Shown piece by piece: positions 24,881 to 36,131 of a DNA stretch of 64,000 bases (position 1 is its first letter; each line of letters starts with the position of its first letter). This DNA comes from Pseudomonadota bacterium (lineage in GTDB: Bacteria > Pseudomonadota > Gammaproteobacteria > Burkholderiales > Gallionellaceae), in NCBI GenBank assembly GCA_040390665.1, contig JAZJXX010000019.1:76254-140253 (forward strand), in the 5' to 3' direction. A program made the position numbers and the translations under genes. The notes under the pieces were generated by a model. It did not search any database. It had not been told where the DNA came from and was given only the letters and a program-made list of their open reading frames with translations.

Positions 24881-26964
24881 TGGAGCAATCTCTGCGTATT
24901 GATAACTGGATCAGGCGTTTCGGACTGCGCAGCATCGCCGGGCCGATGCTGATTGTGATGATCCTGGCAATGATGGTGCTGCCGCTGCCGCCCTTCCTGC
25001 TGGATATTCTGTTCACGTTCAATATCGCACTGGCGGTCATGGTTTTGCTGGTGAGCATGAATACTACCCGTGCGCTGGATTTCTCGGTGTTTCCGACAAT
25101 ATTGCTGATTACCACTTTGTTGCGCCTGTCGCTTAACGTCGCCTCGACCCGGGTGGTATTACTTGAAGGCCATACCGGCCCCGCCGCGGCCGGCAAAGTG
25201 ATCGAATCTTTCGGACATTTTCTGGTCGGGGGCAATTACGCTGTCGGTATCGTGGTGTTTGCGATACTGGTGGTGATCAATTTCATCGTGATCACCAAGG
25301 GTGCGGGGCGGATCGCGGAAGTTGGCGCACGCTTTACTCTGGACGCTATGCCGGGCAAGCAGATGGCGATTGATGCCGATCTGAATGCCGGTCTGATAGG
25401 CGAGGACGAGGCGCGCCGCCGCCGCGCCAATATCGCCCAGGAAGCGGATTTTTTCGGGTCGATGGATGGTGCCAGCAAATTCGTGCGCGGCGATGCAATC
25501 GCCGGCATCATGATCATGCTGATCAATGTGGTCGGCGGCCTGATCGTCGGGGTGATGCAGCACAATATGGATATTGCCTCCGCCGCGCAAAACTACACGC
25601 TGCTGGCGATTGGCGACGGCCTCGTGGCGCAAATTCCGGCGCTGGTTATATCCACCGCGGCCGGCTTGGTGGTCAGCCGTGTTTCGACCGAAGAAAACAT
25701 CGGCCAGCAACTGGTCGGGCAATTGTTCAATCAGCCTCAAGTGTTGATGCTGACGGCCGGCATTATTGGAATGATGGGCCTGATCCCGGGCATGCCGCAT
25801 TTTGCATTTCTGCTGCTGGCTGGCGCACTGGGCGGTTCCGCTTATTATATTTTGCAGCGCGCCAGGCAGCCGGTCGAAAAGCCCGAGCCGGTCAGCGCAG
25901 GCACGCCGGCGTTGACCGAGGCGGCCGAAGCAAGCTGGGAAGATGTGGCCCAGGTGGATATCCTGGGGCTGGAGGTGGGCTACCGCCTGATTGCGTTGGT
26001 GGACAAGGTGCAGGACGGCGATCTGTTGCGCCGCATCAAAGGCGTGCGCAAAAAATTTGCCCAGGATGTCGGCTTTCTTCCCCCCGCAATCCATATACGG
26101 GACAACCTCGATCTGCGGCCGAACGGCTACCGTATCGCGATGAAAGGCGTAGAGATAGGCGCAGGCGAGGCGTTCCCGAATATGCTGCTGGCAATCAATC
26201 CGGGTAACGTGATGGGCACCTTGCCCGGCAATGCAACGCGAGATCCAGCCTTCGGTTTGCCGGCTATCTGGATCGACACGGCCTTGCGCGAACAAGCCCA
26301 GACCATGGGTTACACGGTGGTCGATGCCAGCACAGTAATCGCAACCCATCTGAGCCACCTGATCCATACCCACTCCGCGGAATTGCTGGGCCGTCAGGAA
26401 TTGCAGCAATTGCTCGATCATATAGGCAAGCTCGTGCCCAAACTCGACGATCTGATACCCAAACTGTTGTCGCTTGCCACCGTGCAGAAAGTACTTCAGA
26501 ACCTGCTTGAAGAAGGAATGCATATCCGCGATATGCGAACGATTCTGGAGACGCTGGCGGAATATGCCACACAGACCCAGGATATCAACCAGCTTACTGT
26601 GCTGGTACGGGTGGCGCTGGGGCCGGCTATCGTTCAGCAGTATTACCCGGCGGCGCAGGAATTACAGGTGATCGGCATGGATAAGGAACTCGAATACGTG
26701 CTGCTGCAGGCGATGCAGGCAGGCGGCGGCAACCGGGCCATCGAGCCCGGGCTGGCGGATACTCTGCTGCGCGAAGCGCGCAATGCGGCGCAGGCGCAGG
26801 AACGCCTGGGCCTGCCGACAGTGCTGCTGGTTCCGGCGCAGTTGCGTGAGCTGCTGGCACGCTTCCTGAAGCGCGCGGTGCCCCAGCTCAAGGTGATTTC
26901 ACACGATGAAGTCCCCGGGTTTAAAGCGGTGCGGGTAACGTCGATGCTGGGAGGCCGGGCATAA
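24877..26964 (+). CDS. flhA: FlhA
   Basis: RFTLDAMPGKQMAIDADL FHIPEP motif. Confidence 0.97.
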   Translation: MMEQSLRIDNWIRRFGLRSIAGPMLIVMILAMMVLPLPPFLLDILFTFNIALAVMVLLVSMNTTRALDFSVFPTILLITTLLRLSLNVASTRVVLLEGHTGPAAAGKVIESFGHFLVGGNYAVGIVVFAILVVINFIVITKGAGRIAEVGARFTLDAMPGKQMAIDADLNAGLIGEDEARRRRANIAQEADFFGSMDGASKFVRGDAIAGIMIMLINVVGGLIVGVMQHNMDIASAAQNYTLLAIGDGLVAQIPALVISTAAGLVVSRVSTEENIGQQLVGQLFNQPQVLMLTAGIIGMMGLIPGMPHFAFLLLAGALGGSAYYILQRARQPVEKPEPVSAGTPALTEAAEASWEDVAQVDILGLEVGYRLIALVDKVQDGDLLRRIKGVRKKFAQDVGFLPPAIHIRDNLDLRPNGYRIAMKGVEIGAGEAFPNMLLAINPGNVMGTLPGNATRDPAFGLPAIWIDTALREQAQTMGYTVVDASTVIATHLSHLIHTHSAELLGRQELQQLLDHIGKLVPKLDDLIPKLLSLATVQKVLQNLLEEGMHIRDMRTILETLAEYATQTQDINQLTVLVRVALGPAIVQQYYPAAQELQVIGMDKELEYVLLQAMQAGGGNRAIEPGLADTLLREARNAAQAQERLGLPTVLLVPAQLRELLARFLKRAVPQLKVISHDEVPGFKAVRVTSMLGGRA

Positions 26965-26997
26965 ATATTTTTACCAAAACTGATTTATTTGCGGCAG

Positions 26998-27026
26998 AAG
27001 CGGCGGGGATACCCGCCGCTTTTTTT
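26998..27026 (+). terminator. Intrinsic terminator after flhA
   Basis: AAGCGGCGGG-gata-CCCGCCGCTTTTTT. Confidence 0.8.
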
Positions 27027-27202
27027 ATCGTCTTTTTTTTGTCATTGTGAAATTTTGTTGCAGCAATGCTGTTGCGCGGAATAGCACGATAAACCCGCCC
27101 TTATTTGCTCGACCGGATTGAGCGCGGATGTTGATAATACTGAGGCCTGATAAAGGCAAGTCATGGCCGATTGCGGATGACTTTAGATAGCAGGGGAAGA
27201 AC

Positions 27203-28435
27203 ATGAACGCAAGGAAATTTATTGCAGCGACCTCACGTGATGCACTGAATCTGGTGCGTAACGAACTGGGCGCGGATGCGGTGATACTGGCTAACCGCAA
27301 GGTCGATGCCGGGATTGAGATCATGGCCCTGGCGAGCAGCGACTACGCGCGGCTGACGCAGGAACCGGCAGAACAAATGGCCCAGCCGCTACCGCCGGGA
27401 CGCAAGTCTGATCCCGAGGAAAATCCGGTACCGCTGGCGGTGGTGCGTGAAGCGCCCGTTGCACCGGCGATGACCTCGGACCAACAGGGGATACTGAGCG
27501 AGATTAAATCAATGCGCAACATGATGGAAGAGCAAATCGCTTATCTGTCCTGGTCTGATATGCAGCACCGTGACCCGCAGCGCACGCGCATGGTGCGCAG
27601 TTTGCTGAATGCCGGGTTCAGTCCCGCACTGTCGCGCCAGTTGCTCGATAAAATTCCCGCCGGAGCAGAATATCCGTGGATGCGGCAGGTCCTGCAGCAC
27701 AATCTGCGCGTTGCTACGCCGCAGGAAGATATCGTGACCCGCGGCGGAGTGGTCGCGCTGATCGGCCCGACCGGCGTCGGCAAGACCACAACCACGGCCA
27801 AACTGGCGGCGCGCGCGGTGGTACGCTATGGCGCCGACAAAGTCGCGCTGCTCACCACGGACAGCTATCGTATCGGTGCGCATGAGCAGCTGCGCATCTA
27901 TGGCAAGATACTGGGGGTGGCGGTTCATGCAGTGCGCGACACGGAAGATTTGCGGCTGACCTTGTCGGCAATGAAAAACCGCCATCTGGTATTGATCGAT
28001 ACCATAGGCATGGGCCAGCGTGATAACCGCGTCGCCGCTCAAACCGACATGTTCAATGAAACCGGGGTAGAACGCCTGCTGCTATTGAATTCCACCAGCA
28101 GCGGCGAAACGCTGAACGATGTGGTACGAATGTATCAGGGGCCGGGTGTGATCGGCTGTATTCCGACCAAACTGGATGAGGCGGTAAGGCTGGGCGGTAT
28201 GCTGGATGTGATTGTGCGCTACAAACTGACCCTGCACTATATTACCAGCGGGCAGCGCGTGCCTGAGGATTTGCACGAGGTGAATCTGGAATACCTGTTG
28301 CACCGCGCATTCAAGCCGGCAGTGCGGTCGGAGCCGTTCGACCTGCGGGACTCCGAGTTTCCCGCTTTGATGGCCGGGGCGGGCTCGGCCTCGGGCAACC
28401 AGCATGGCGAAGCGCGGGGGAATTATGCGCTCTGA
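27203..28435 (+). CDS. flhF: FlhF SRP-type GTPase
   Basis: GPTGVGKTTT, DTIG, TKLDE. Confidence 0.95.
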   Translation: MNARKFIAATSRDALNLVRNELGADAVILANRKVDAGIEIMALASSDYARLTQEPAEQMAQPLPPGRKSDPEENPVPLAVVREAPVAPAMTSDQQGILSEIKSMRNMMEEQIAYLSWSDMQHRDPQRTRMVRSLLNAGFSPALSRQLLDKIPAGAEYPWMRQVLQHNLRVATPQEDIVTRGGVVALIGPTGVGKTTTTAKLAARAVVRYGADKVALLTTDSYRIGAHEQLRIYGKILGVAVHAVRDTEDLRLTLSAMKNRHLVLIDTIGMGQRDNRVAAQTDMFNETGVERLLLLNSTSSGETLNDVVRMYQGPGVIGCIPTKLDEAVRLGGMLDVIVRYKLTLHYITSGQRVPEDLHEVNLEYLLHRAFKPAVRSEPFDLRDSEFPALMAGAGSASGNQHGEARGNYAL

Positions 28436-29360
28436 ACGGATAACTGATCAGGCTGAAGGACTGCGCCGCATGCTGGTGCGCGCTTCCGGGCGCGTTGTGA
28501 CGGTGGCTGCGGCACGGCATGGGCTGGGTGCCACCAGCGTGGTCGTCAATCTGGCGTCGGCGCTGGCGCAGGCCGGCAGGGACGTGCTGATACTGGATGA
28601 AAGTTTATCGCACAACAATGTTCCGGATATGCTGGCGCTCAAGCCATGCTACGATTTGCTGGATGCGGTGCGGGGCGGAAAATCATTGCGCGAAATCATA
28701 CTGACGCGCCAGGGCGTGCGCATTCTGCCGGTGGTGCGCGCATTGCAGGCCCTGCCGCTGTTATCCGCGCCGCAACGCGAAAAACTGCTGGAGTGTTTAG
28801 CTGAAATAACGAATGGGGTCGATGTCATCCTGGTGGACGCCGCGATCAGTAAAGAGCCCCAGAATTCGGCCATTGCACAGTCAGCGGATGACGCGCCAGC
28901 GGCCCGCCACATCACCGCCTGCCTGTCCCCGGAGCAACCGCTGCTGCTGGTGCTGAACGCCACGGCAGCGGCGATTACCGCGAGCTATGCGCTGATCAAA
29001 CGGATGGTGCTGCAGGACGGGCGCCAGAATTTTGAAATTGTGATAAACAAGGTGAGCGATGAACGCAAGGCGCAAATTGTATGTGGTAATCTGGCGCAGG
29101 TCGCGCGTCGCCATTTGCGTGTGCAGATAGAGTACCTGGGTTATATTCCAAATGATGAAAGTCTGAAGCGCGCAACTCAGCTGTGCCGTCCGGTGGTTGA
29201 AGTTTTTCCGGCGGCGCCGGCGGCGCGCGCATTTGGTGAGCTGGGGCGTAATTTAATTGCGTTGCCGACCGCCGGAAATGATACTGCAACGGGTTTGTCT
29301 GATGTACTATTACGGTTGATGCGTCAAGGGGTTGCACCGAATATGGCTCATGCCAGTTAG
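28425..29360 (+). CDS. flhG: FlhG/FleN MinD-like protein
   Basis: DQAEGLRR; MinD-like fold with a degenerate Walker A (GLGAT). Confidence 0.85.
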   Translation: MRSERITDQAEGLRRMLVRASGRVVTVAAARHGLGATSVVVNLASALAQAGRDVLILDESLSHNNVPDMLALKPCYDLLDAVRGGKSLREIILTRQGVRILPVVRALQALPLLSAPQREKLLECLAEITNGVDVILVDAAISKEPQNSAIAQSADDAPAARHITACLSPEQPLLLVLNATAAAITASYALIKRMVLQDGRQNFEIVINKVSDERKAQIVCGNLAQVARRHLRVQIEYLGYIPNDESLKRATQLCRPVVEVFPAAPAARAFGELGRNLIALPTAGNDTATGLSDVLLRLMRQGVAPNMAHAS

Positions 29361-29375
29361 TCAAGCCAGGTACCT

Positions 29376-30086
29376 ATGTACAACGCCAGCGGATTAGCCG
29401 ACAAGGATCAATGCGTCCGGGACTATGCTCCGCTGGTCCGGCGCATCGCTCATCACATGATGCTGAGATTGCCCAGCAGCGTGTCGGTCGACGACATTAT
29501 TCAGGCCGGCATGATCGGACTACTGGATGCGGCCGGACGCTACGACGGCGTGCGTGGGGCGCAGTTTGAAACCTTTGCCGCGCAGCGTATCCGTGGTGCG
29601 ATGCTGGATGAACTGCGGCAGGCTGACTGGCTGCCACGCAATCTTCGCCGCGACATGCGGCGCATCGAAACCGCCATCACCAAATTGCAGCAACGCCTGG
29701 GCAGGCCCCCCACTGAATCGGAAGTCGCCAAAGAGCTGGAGATGCCGCTGGCCGAATATCAGCAGATGCTGTTCGAGTCGCGCGGCGCCCAGTTGCTGTA
29801 TTACGAGGATTTCCATAACGAAAGCGATGAAAATTTTTTCGATCGCTATGATTTCGATAGCCATACCGATCCGTTCGAATTGCTGAAGGACGAGCATTTC
29901 CGCAGCGCCTTAATCAAGGCGATCGACAGCCTGCCGGAGCGTGAACGCCTGTTGATGGGCATGCACTACGAACAGGAAATGAATTTGCGCGAAATTGGTG
30001 AAGTCATGGGCGTGAGTGAATCACGGGTGTGTCAATTGCACAGTCAGGCAGTGGCACGTTTGCGCGGATTTTTAAAAGGATCCTGA
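29376..30086 (+). CDS. fliA: Sigma-28 FliA
   Basis: RIRGAMLDELR..DW.PR; GVSESRVCQLH. Confidence 0.97.
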   Translation: MYNASGLADKDQCVRDYAPLVRRIAHHMMLRLPSSVSVDDIIQAGMIGLLDAAGRYDGVRGAQFETFAAQRIRGAMLDELRQADWLPRNLRRDMRRIETAITKLQQRLGRPPTESEVAKELEMPLAEYQQMLFESRGAQLLYYEDFHNESDENFFDRYDFDSHTDPFELLKDEHFRSALIKAIDSLPERERLLMGMHYEQEMNLREIGEVMGVSESRVCQLHSQAVARLRGFLKGS

Positions 30087-30826
30087 TGGACAGGCTCAGC
30101 GTTGCCGGCTTGCTGCTCGGGATAGGCGGAATCATTGCCGGCCAGTTGCTGGAAGGTGGGTCGGTTTCCATACTGTTTCAGGCAGCGGCTTTTGTAATTG
30201 TAGTTGGCGGCACATTGGGCGCGGTGATGCTGCAAAGCCCGCCAAAAATTTTTTCTGCAGGGATCAGGATGGGCGGCTGGGCGTTTGCCACGCCGCAGTT
30301 CCTGCCGCAGAAGCTGGTGAATCAGATTACGGTATGGAGCACGCTGGCGCGCAAGGAAGGAATACTGATACTGGAGCAGCAAATCGTGATGAGTCTCGAT
30401 CCTTTCACGAGGAAAGGCTTGCAGATGCTGGTGGATGGCAACAGTGCGGAAAAAATCAGGGAAGTGCTGGAGGTCGATAACCGCACTTATGAACAGCTGC
30501 GTTTCCAGTGCGCGCGTGTGTGGGAATCCGCGGCGGGATATGCGCCTACCATAGGCATCCTGGGCGCGGTGCTGGGTCTGATCCATATCATGCAGAGCCT
30601 GAGCGATCCGGCCAATCTGGGCGCAGGCATTGCGGTCGCGTTTATTTCCACCATTTACGGCGTGGGTCTAGCCAATCTGGTGTTCCTGCCGATATCCAAC
30701 AAGCTCAAGATGTTGATCCTGCAACAGGTAATGATGCGGGAAATTCTGGTGGATGGTCTGGTGGCGATCGCCAACGGTGAGCATCCGCGTTTTATCGAGA
30801 GCAAACTGCAGGGGTATATCCCTTAA
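30086..30826 (+). CDS. motC: Second stator subunit MotC
   Basis: YAPTIGILGAVLG; MotA/PomA family. Confidence 0.9.
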   Translation: MDRLSVAGLLLGIGGIIAGQLLEGGSVSILFQAAAFVIVVGGTLGAVMLQSPPKIFSAGIRMGGWAFATPQFLPQKLVNQITVWSTLARKEGILILEQQIVMSLDPFTRKGLQMLVDGNSAEKIREVLEVDNRTYEQLRFQCARVWESAAGYAPTIGILGAVLGLIHIMQSLSDPANLGAGIAVAFISTIYGVGLANLVFLPISNKLKMLILQQVMMREILVDGLVAIANGEHPRFIESKLQGYIP

Positions 30827-30828
30827 TC

Positions 30829-31596
30829 ATGGCGCGTTCAACCAGACGTCTTGATCCGGAAAACCATGATCGCTGGCTGATTTCCTACGCCGATTTTATT
30901 ACGCTGCTGTTCGCGTTTTTCGTAGTGATGTACGCGCTATCCTCGGTTAACGAAAATAAATACAAGGTATTCAGCGCTTCACTTACCACCGCTTTCGGCG
31001 GAGCGGGTGCTGCCCGGTCGGACACCGTCACGCCGCTGAGTGAGCAGGATCAGCTCCTGAAATCACTGGTAGACCGCAGAAACGCGCGCATCGCGGAACG
31101 TCAGCGCAAACAGCAGGAGTCCGTGAATAACATGGTCAGGAATCTGAATGAAGTGCTGACTCCGTTGATCACCAGCGGGCAGGTCACCGTGAGCCAGAGC
31201 AGCCGCGGCGTGGTGCTGGAAATCAATGCCAGCGCCCTGTTCAACATGGGAGAAGCGGAATTGCGCGGCAATTCGGTTAAAACCCTGGCCGAAGTGGCGG
31301 CTGTGCTGAAAGGCGGGGAACAGTTGATTGAAGTCGAGGGGTTTACCGATGACGTCCCGATTAACACTGTGCGTTTTCCATCCAACTGGGAGTTGTCATC
31401 TGCACGCGCCAGCAGCGTGGTGCGTCTGTTTGTCGATCGGGGAGTCATGCCGTCGCGGCTCAGCGCGGTAGGGTCCGCGTCCAATCATCCGGTGAGTCCC
31501 AATGACACGGCGGAAGGACGCGCGCGTAACCGCCGTATCACCGTTACTGTGCTGTCATACGCAACGGATAGCCTGGCCCAGCAAGCGATTCAATAG
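30829..31596 (+). CDS. motD: Second stator subunit MotD
   Basis: RWLISYADFITLLFAFF; SNWELSSARA. Confidence 0.9.
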   Translation: MARSTRRLDPENHDRWLISYADFITLLFAFFVVMYALSSVNENKYKVFSASLTTAFGGAGAARSDTVTPLSEQDQLLKSLVDRRNARIAERQRKQQESVNNMVRNLNEVLTPLITSGQVTVSQSSRGVVLEINASALFNMGEAELRGNSVKTLAEVAAVLKGGEQLIEVEGFTDDVPINTVRFPSNWELSSARASSVVRLFVDRGVMPSRLSAVGSASNHPVSPNDTAEGRARNRRITVTVLSYATDSLAQQAIQ

Positions 31597-31598
31597 AT

Positions 31599-32054
31599 TT
31601 AAACGCTGCCCAGAGTGCGTCCGGGTTTGGAAAGATGCGGCTGGCCATCCGGGCCGTACAGGCCGTGTATATGACTGGCCACGCTGCTGAGAGCAGTCAG
31701 CGCCTGCTGGTTATAGCGCAGCTTGTTCTGTATAAGCAGGCCATTGGTGCGGTTTAGTTGCTGCGCCTGTTCGGCCAGTTTCTGGATATCCAGCCAGACC
31801 GACAAACTGGTGGGGGCGTGGGCTTTGAGCCACCCGGTGGTCCCGTCCTTTGCTGTCGCGCCGTGCGAGCGCAAATTGTTTTTGCGTGCGTCCGCCAGCC
31901 CGTTCAATTTTTCTACTGCCTCAGTCTTGCTGGCCGCCAGGGTCAGCAACAGATCGGTATCTCCGCTGAGCAAGGTATTCTGCTCGGTTTCAAGCAATGC
32001 AACGAAAGCCGCCAAGGCATGGTGTTCGGCTTGCAGATGAGGATTCAAATCCAT
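31599..32054 (-). CDS. flgN: FlgN chaperone
   Basis: QQLNRTNGLLI, LYGPDG; downstream of flgM. Confidence 0.9.
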   Translation of the reverse strand: MDLNPHLQAEHHALAAFVALLETEQNTLLSGDTDLLLTLAASKTEAVEKLNGLADARKNNLRSHGATAKDGTTGWLKAHAPTSLSVWLDIQKLAEQAQQLNRTNGLLIQNKLRYNQQALTALSSVASHIHGLYGPDGQPHLSKPGRTLGSV

Positions 32055-32082
32055 CGTTATATTAAGGCAATGTTAATGCCGG

Positions 32083-32388
32083 CTATGCCTTGCGCGCATT
32101 GATTAAATCAGTCACGGACTGGATCAGGCTGTCGGCCACTGCGCTGGATTGGACTTTAAAGCGCCCTTCGCTGATGGCTTGCCTGATCTCTGCGACCTTG
32201 GCTGCGTCCACCAGCGGGGTGCTGGCCATACTGCTTTCCAGGTTTTGTAACTGTGCGGATGTGGCACCCAGGTTAACACTGGTGCCGCCGGCAGCGGCAG
32301 CATCGCCCGATTTTGCCGCAGGCGCGCGCGGGCGGTTCTCATTCGAAGAAGCAGGCGGCAGAGGCTTACTGGTTTTATCGATTTTCAT
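32083..32388 (-). CDS. flgM: Anti-sigma-28 FlgM
   Basis: KVAEIRQAISEGRFKV..AVAD. Confidence 0.95.
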   Translation of the reverse strand: MKIDKTSKPLPPASSNENRPRAPAAKSGDAAAAGGTSVNLGATSAQLQNLESSMASTPLVDAAKVAEIRQAISEGRFKVQSSAVADSLIQSVTDLINARKA

Positions 32389-32419
32389 AATAGGTCACCT
32401 TTTTGCATTGCTAAGTGCA

Positions 32420-32446
32420 TTATCGACACCTGGCCGTGAAACTTTA
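32420..32446 (-). promoter_or_regulatory. Sigma-28 promoter of flgMN
   Basis: Minus strand TAAAGTTT-N11-GTCGATAA. Confidence 0.85.
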
Positions 32447-32663
32447 GACGGTGCCCATCGCAGCTTTTATACACCACCCCATGCTTCTGCACAATATATA
32501 CCATAGCTGATCAAGAGTAGCGCAAAGCATTCACAGGCCGACCTTTACAGTGACAGATTCCCATACGGCGTGGGCAAGCGCAAGGGCAAATGTTAATATC
32601 CGCAGTTCGATTTTGAAACTGCCTTGGAAGAGGCGGCATGAGGCTGAGAGCCATGGAGCATAA

Positions 32664-33761
32664 ATGACTAGAGATATAGCACCAATACTGGACATTATTG
32701 CTGAAATCCGCGCGGGGCGGATGGTCGTGCTGGTGGACGAGGAAGATAGAGAGAACGAGGGCGACCTGGTGTTTGCCGCGGAATTTGTGACGCCGGAAAA
32801 AATTAATTTCATGGCAAAACATGGGCGCGGGCTGATTTGCATGACCCTTACCGAAACGCATTGCGAGCAGCTCAACCTGCCGTTGATGGTGCGCGACAAT
32901 GGCGCGCCGCTGGGCACCAATTTCACTGTGTCGATAGAGGCGGCGAACGGCGTCACGACCGGTATTTCCGCCGCCGACCGTGCTCGCACCGTGCAGGCCG
33001 CGGCGCACAAAAATGCCCGGCCCGAAGATATCGTTCAGCCCGGCCATATCTTCCCGTTGCGGGCGCGCAACGGCGGCGTACTGGTGCGCGCCGGCCATAC
33101 CGAAGCCGGCTGTGATCTGGCGCAACTGGCGGGGCTGACCCCGGCGTCGGTCATCTGCGAAATTCTCAAGGATGATGGCGAGATGGCCCGTTTGCCTGAT
33201 CTCGTTACGTTCGCCCAGCTGCATGGTTTGAAGATCGGCACCATTGCCGACCTGATTGAGCATCGCAGCCATCACGAGAAACTGGTTGAGCGCGTAGCCC
33301 GCCGCACGGTGCAAACCGCTTACGGTACGCTAGAGCTGGTTACCTATGTCGACAAGACCACCCAGCGCACCCATCTGGCGCTGGTGAAAGGCACCATACG
33401 CCCGCAGGAGGAAACGCTGGTGCGCGTGCATGAGCCGCTGTCAGTGCTGGATTTTCTGGAACAGACGCATTTCCCGCAATCGACCAGTGTGCATGACGCG
33501 TTGCTGAAAATCAGCCAGTCGCCCGCGGGCGCTCTGGTGCTGATGCACTTCAATGAAACGTCGCAGAATTTACGCATGCGTGCCGCCGCCGCGCCGGAGG
33601 CGTATCATGCCGCCCACTGGGATCCGCGCAGTTATGGCATTGGTGCGCAGATCCTGCGCGATTTGAATGTCGGCAAAATGCGTTTGCTCGGCACCCCGCG
33701 CAAGCTGCCCAGCATGGCCGGGTTTGGGCTCGAAGTGGTCGGTTACACGCAACACGAATGA
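32664..33761 (+). CDS. ribB: DHBP synthase fused to a degenerate GTP cyclohydrolase II-like domain
   Basis: [18 protein letters not shown]; the C-terminal domain lacks the Zn-binding Cys residues. Confidence 0.92.
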   Translation: MTRDIAPILDIIAEIRAGRMVVLVDEEDRENEGDLVFAAEFVTPEKINFMAKHGRGLICMTLTETHCEQLNLPLMVRDNGAPLGTNFTVSIEAANGVTTGISAADRARTVQAAAHKNARPEDIVQPGHIFPLRARNGGVLVRAGHTEAGCDLAQLAGLTPASVICEILKDDGEMARLPDLVTFAQLHGLKIGTIADLIEHRSHHEKLVERVARRTVQTAYGTLELVTYVDKTTQRTHLALVKGTIRPQEETLVRVHEPLSVLDFLEQTHFPQSTSVHDALLKISQSPAGALVLMHFNETSQNLRMRAAAAPEAYHAAHWDPRSYGIGAQILRDLNVGKMRLLGTPRKLPSMAGFGLEVVGYTQHE

Positions 33762-33771
33762 GGAGTAAATA

Positions 33772-34224
33772 GTGCAGGAATTCGAACATAATTTAAACGG
33801 CACGGGATTGCGCATAGGCATCGTGCAAAGCCGATTTAATCTGCTGGTGTGCGAGGCTTTGCTGGCGTCATGCCGCGCCGAGCTGATCAAGCACGGAGTC
33901 AACGACGCTGATATTACGCTGGCCAGCGTGCCCGGAGCGCTGGAAATCCCGCTGGTGCTGCAGCGCATGGCATTGAGCAAACAATATGATGCGCTGATCG
34001 CGTTGGGCGCAGTCATACGCGGCGACACTTATCACTTTGAAATCGTGGCCAACGAATCCGCACGCAGCGTTGGCGATGTGCAGCTGGACTGCGGCATACC
34101 GGTGGCCAATGCGATCCTCACCACCGATACCGACGCGCAGGCCGAACAGCGTATGAACAGCAAAGGCGCGGAAGCTGCGCGCGTAGCGATTGAAATGGTC
34201 AATTTGTTGAAAGCGATGGCATGA
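33772..34224 (+). CDS. ribH: Lumazine synthase
   Basis: [18 protein letters not shown]. Confidence 0.97.
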   Translation: MQEFEHNLNGTGLRIGIVQSRFNLLVCEALLASCRAELIKHGVNDADITLASVPGALEIPLVLQRMALSKQYDALIALGAVIRGDTYHFEIVANESARSVGDVQLDCGIPVANAILTTDTDAQAEQRMNSKGAEAARVAIEMVNLLKAMA

Positions 34225-34679
34225 GCGACACCGCCACCCGGGCTAAAGCGCCGCCCAAGAATCCGCGCCGTCGTGCGCGTGAACTGGCGTTGCAGGGCAT
34301 TTATCAGTGGCGCCTGACGGGTGATGATGACGCGCAGATTGAAAAGCAGATCCTCGACGAAAAAGGCAGCGGGCGTTATGACAACAAATTTTTCAGCAAC
34401 CTGCTGCGCGGCGTACTGATGCAGCATGCCGATCTGGAGCGCGCGCTGGCGCCCCATCTGGATCGCGACCTGGCAGAGCTCAGCCCGGTCGAATTTGCTG
34501 TGTTGATGGTAGGCGCTTATGAACTGGCGCAGCACCCGGAAACGCCTTACCGTGTGGTCATCAACGAAGCGGTTGAACTGGCCAAAACATTCGGCGGGAC
34601 AGACGGCCACAAATTCGTCAATGGCGTCCTGGATAAGCTCGCCGCACAGCTGCGGGCAACCGAAATCGCGGCCAGATAA
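34221..34679 (+). CDS. nusB: NusB
   Basis: [28 protein letters not shown]. Confidence 0.97.
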   Translation: MSDTATRAKAPPKNPRRRARELALQGIYQWRLTGDDDAQIEKQILDEKGSGRYDNKFFSNLLRGVLMQHADLERALAPHLDRDLAELSPVEFAVLMVGAYELAQHPETPYRVVINEAVELAKTFGGTDGHKFVNGVLDKLAAQLRATEIAAR

Positions 34680-34690
34680 ACTCCTGCCGT

Positions 34691-35644
34691 ATGTCGGAAT
34701 TCGAACTGATACGCCGTTACTTTACCCGGCCTGCGCCGGGTGCAGTGCTGGGCGTTGGAGATGATGCCGCACTGTTGAACATAGCCAGCGGCATGCAGCT
34801 GGCCATATCCACCGACATGCTGGTGAGCGGTACGCATTTTTTTGCTGACGCAGATCCTTTCCTGCTTGGGCATAAGACACTCGCGGTGAATCTATCCGAT
34901 ATCGCAGCAATGGGCGCACAGCCGCGCTGGGCGACGCTGTCGCTGGCGCTGCCTGAAGTGGACGAAGCATGGCTGGAACGCTACAGCCGCGGTTTTTTTG
35001 AGTTGGCGCAGCAGTATGGGGTAGAGCTGATCGGCGGTGACACCACACGTGGACCGCTCAATCTGTGCGTGACCATCATGGGGGTGGTACCGGCGGGTTC
35101 AGCATTGCGACGTGACGGTGCACGATCGGGGGACGATATCTGGATATCGGGCACGCTGGGCGATGCGGCCCTTGCGCTGGCCCATCTGCAGCAGCGCATC
35201 CAGCTGGATGAGTCTGCCTGGCTGATATGCGCCGCAGCGCTGCATCAGCCGCAGCCGCGCGTGGCACTGGGGCTGGCGTTGCGCGATATCGCGCACAGCG
35301 CCATCGATATATCGGACGGGCTGTTGGCGGATTTGCTGCATATTCTGGAGGCGTCGCAACTGGGTGGCCAAATTGAATTTGCCGCGCTGCCGATTTCAGC
35401 CACTGCGCGGCGCTATCTGGATCGGCCGTTCGGGCGGCGCTGCGTGCTGGCGGGCGGCGATGAGTATGAATTATGTTTTACCGCGCCGGTCGCCCGCCGC
35501 ATCGAGATTGAAGATATCTCGGTCCGGCTGAATGTGCCGCTGACCCGCATCGGCAAGGCCGTGGCTGGGTCGGGTTGCGTCGTTTGTGCAGCGGACGGCA
35601 GCATCATCAATATCGAGGAGCACGGCTATGACCACTTCCGCTGA
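34691..35644 (+). CDS. thiL: Thiamine-monophosphate kinase
   Basis: GVGDDAA, NLSDIAAMG, DISDGL, GGDEYEL. Confidence 0.96.
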   Translation: MSEFELIRRYFTRPAPGAVLGVGDDAALLNIASGMQLAISTDMLVSGTHFFADADPFLLGHKTLAVNLSDIAAMGAQPRWATLSLALPEVDEAWLERYSRGFFELAQQYGVELIGGDTTRGPLNLCVTIMGVVPAGSALRRDGARSGDDIWISGTLGDAALALAHLQQRIQLDESAWLICAAALHQPQPRVALGLALRDIAHSAIDISDGLLADLLHILEASQLGGQIEFAALPISATARRYLDRPFGRRCVLAGGDEYELCFTAPVARRIEIEDISVRLNVPLTRIGKAVAGSGCVVCAADGSIINIEEHGYDHFR

Positions 35645-36131
35645 TCTACGGGTGCGCCCGAGCTGGGGGTTCATCTGCCGCCATCCGGCGCATTTTATCT
35701 CGTTCGGTTTTGGCAGTGGTCTGTCTCCGAAGGCCCCTGGGACGGCAGGCACATTGGCCGCATTTCCGTTATATTGGTTTTTGGCGCCGCGGCTGAGCGA
35801 CTGGGTTTTTATTGCAATGCTGCTGGCCGCATTCGCGCTGGGGGTATGGGCCTGCGGTAAAACCGGCAAGACGCTGGGTGTGGAAGACTACGGCGGTATT
35901 GTCTGGGATGAAATCGTCGCGTTCCTGCTGGTGCTGTTCTTTACGCCGCCGGGGTTATTCTGGCAGTTGCTGGCGTTCTCGCTGTTTCGATTTTTTGATA
36001 TTATCAAACCGCCGCCGGTGCGCCACTTTGATCGGACCTGGCATGGCGGCCTGGGCGTCATGTTCGATGATATTGTTGCGGCAGGCTACGCGTTGTTGTG
36101 TCTCGCGTTACTCAAAAACGTGTTGTCATGA
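35628..36131 (+). CDS. pgpA: Phosphatidylglycerophosphatase A
   Basis: GSGLSPKAPGTAGT, IVWDEIV, FRFFDIIKP. Confidence 0.96.
   Translation: MTTSADLRVRPSWGFICRHPAHFISFGFGSGLSPKAPGTAGTLAAFPLYWFLAPRLSDWVFIAMLLAAFALGVWACGKTGKTLGVEDYGGIVWDEIVAFLLVLFFTPPGLFWQLLAFSLFRFFDIIKPPPVRHFDRTWHGGLGVMFDDIVAAGYALLCLALLKNVLS

Noticed and set aside
25159-26523. Long antisense ORFs (also 3121-3999, 60613-61602, 62961-63965, 32511-33314)
   Set aside because: Shadows of well-supported genes on the other strand with no family motifs.
32460-32663. FMN riboswitch before ribB; c-di-GMP riboswitches before flhD, cheV or the secretin
   Set aside because: Conserved core motifs are absent or in the wrong order by eye; an Rfam scan would be decisive.
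33300-33761. Degenerate GTP cyclohydrolase II domain as a pseudogene or novelty
   Set aside because: RibB fused to an inactive RibA-like domain is common in proteobacteria.
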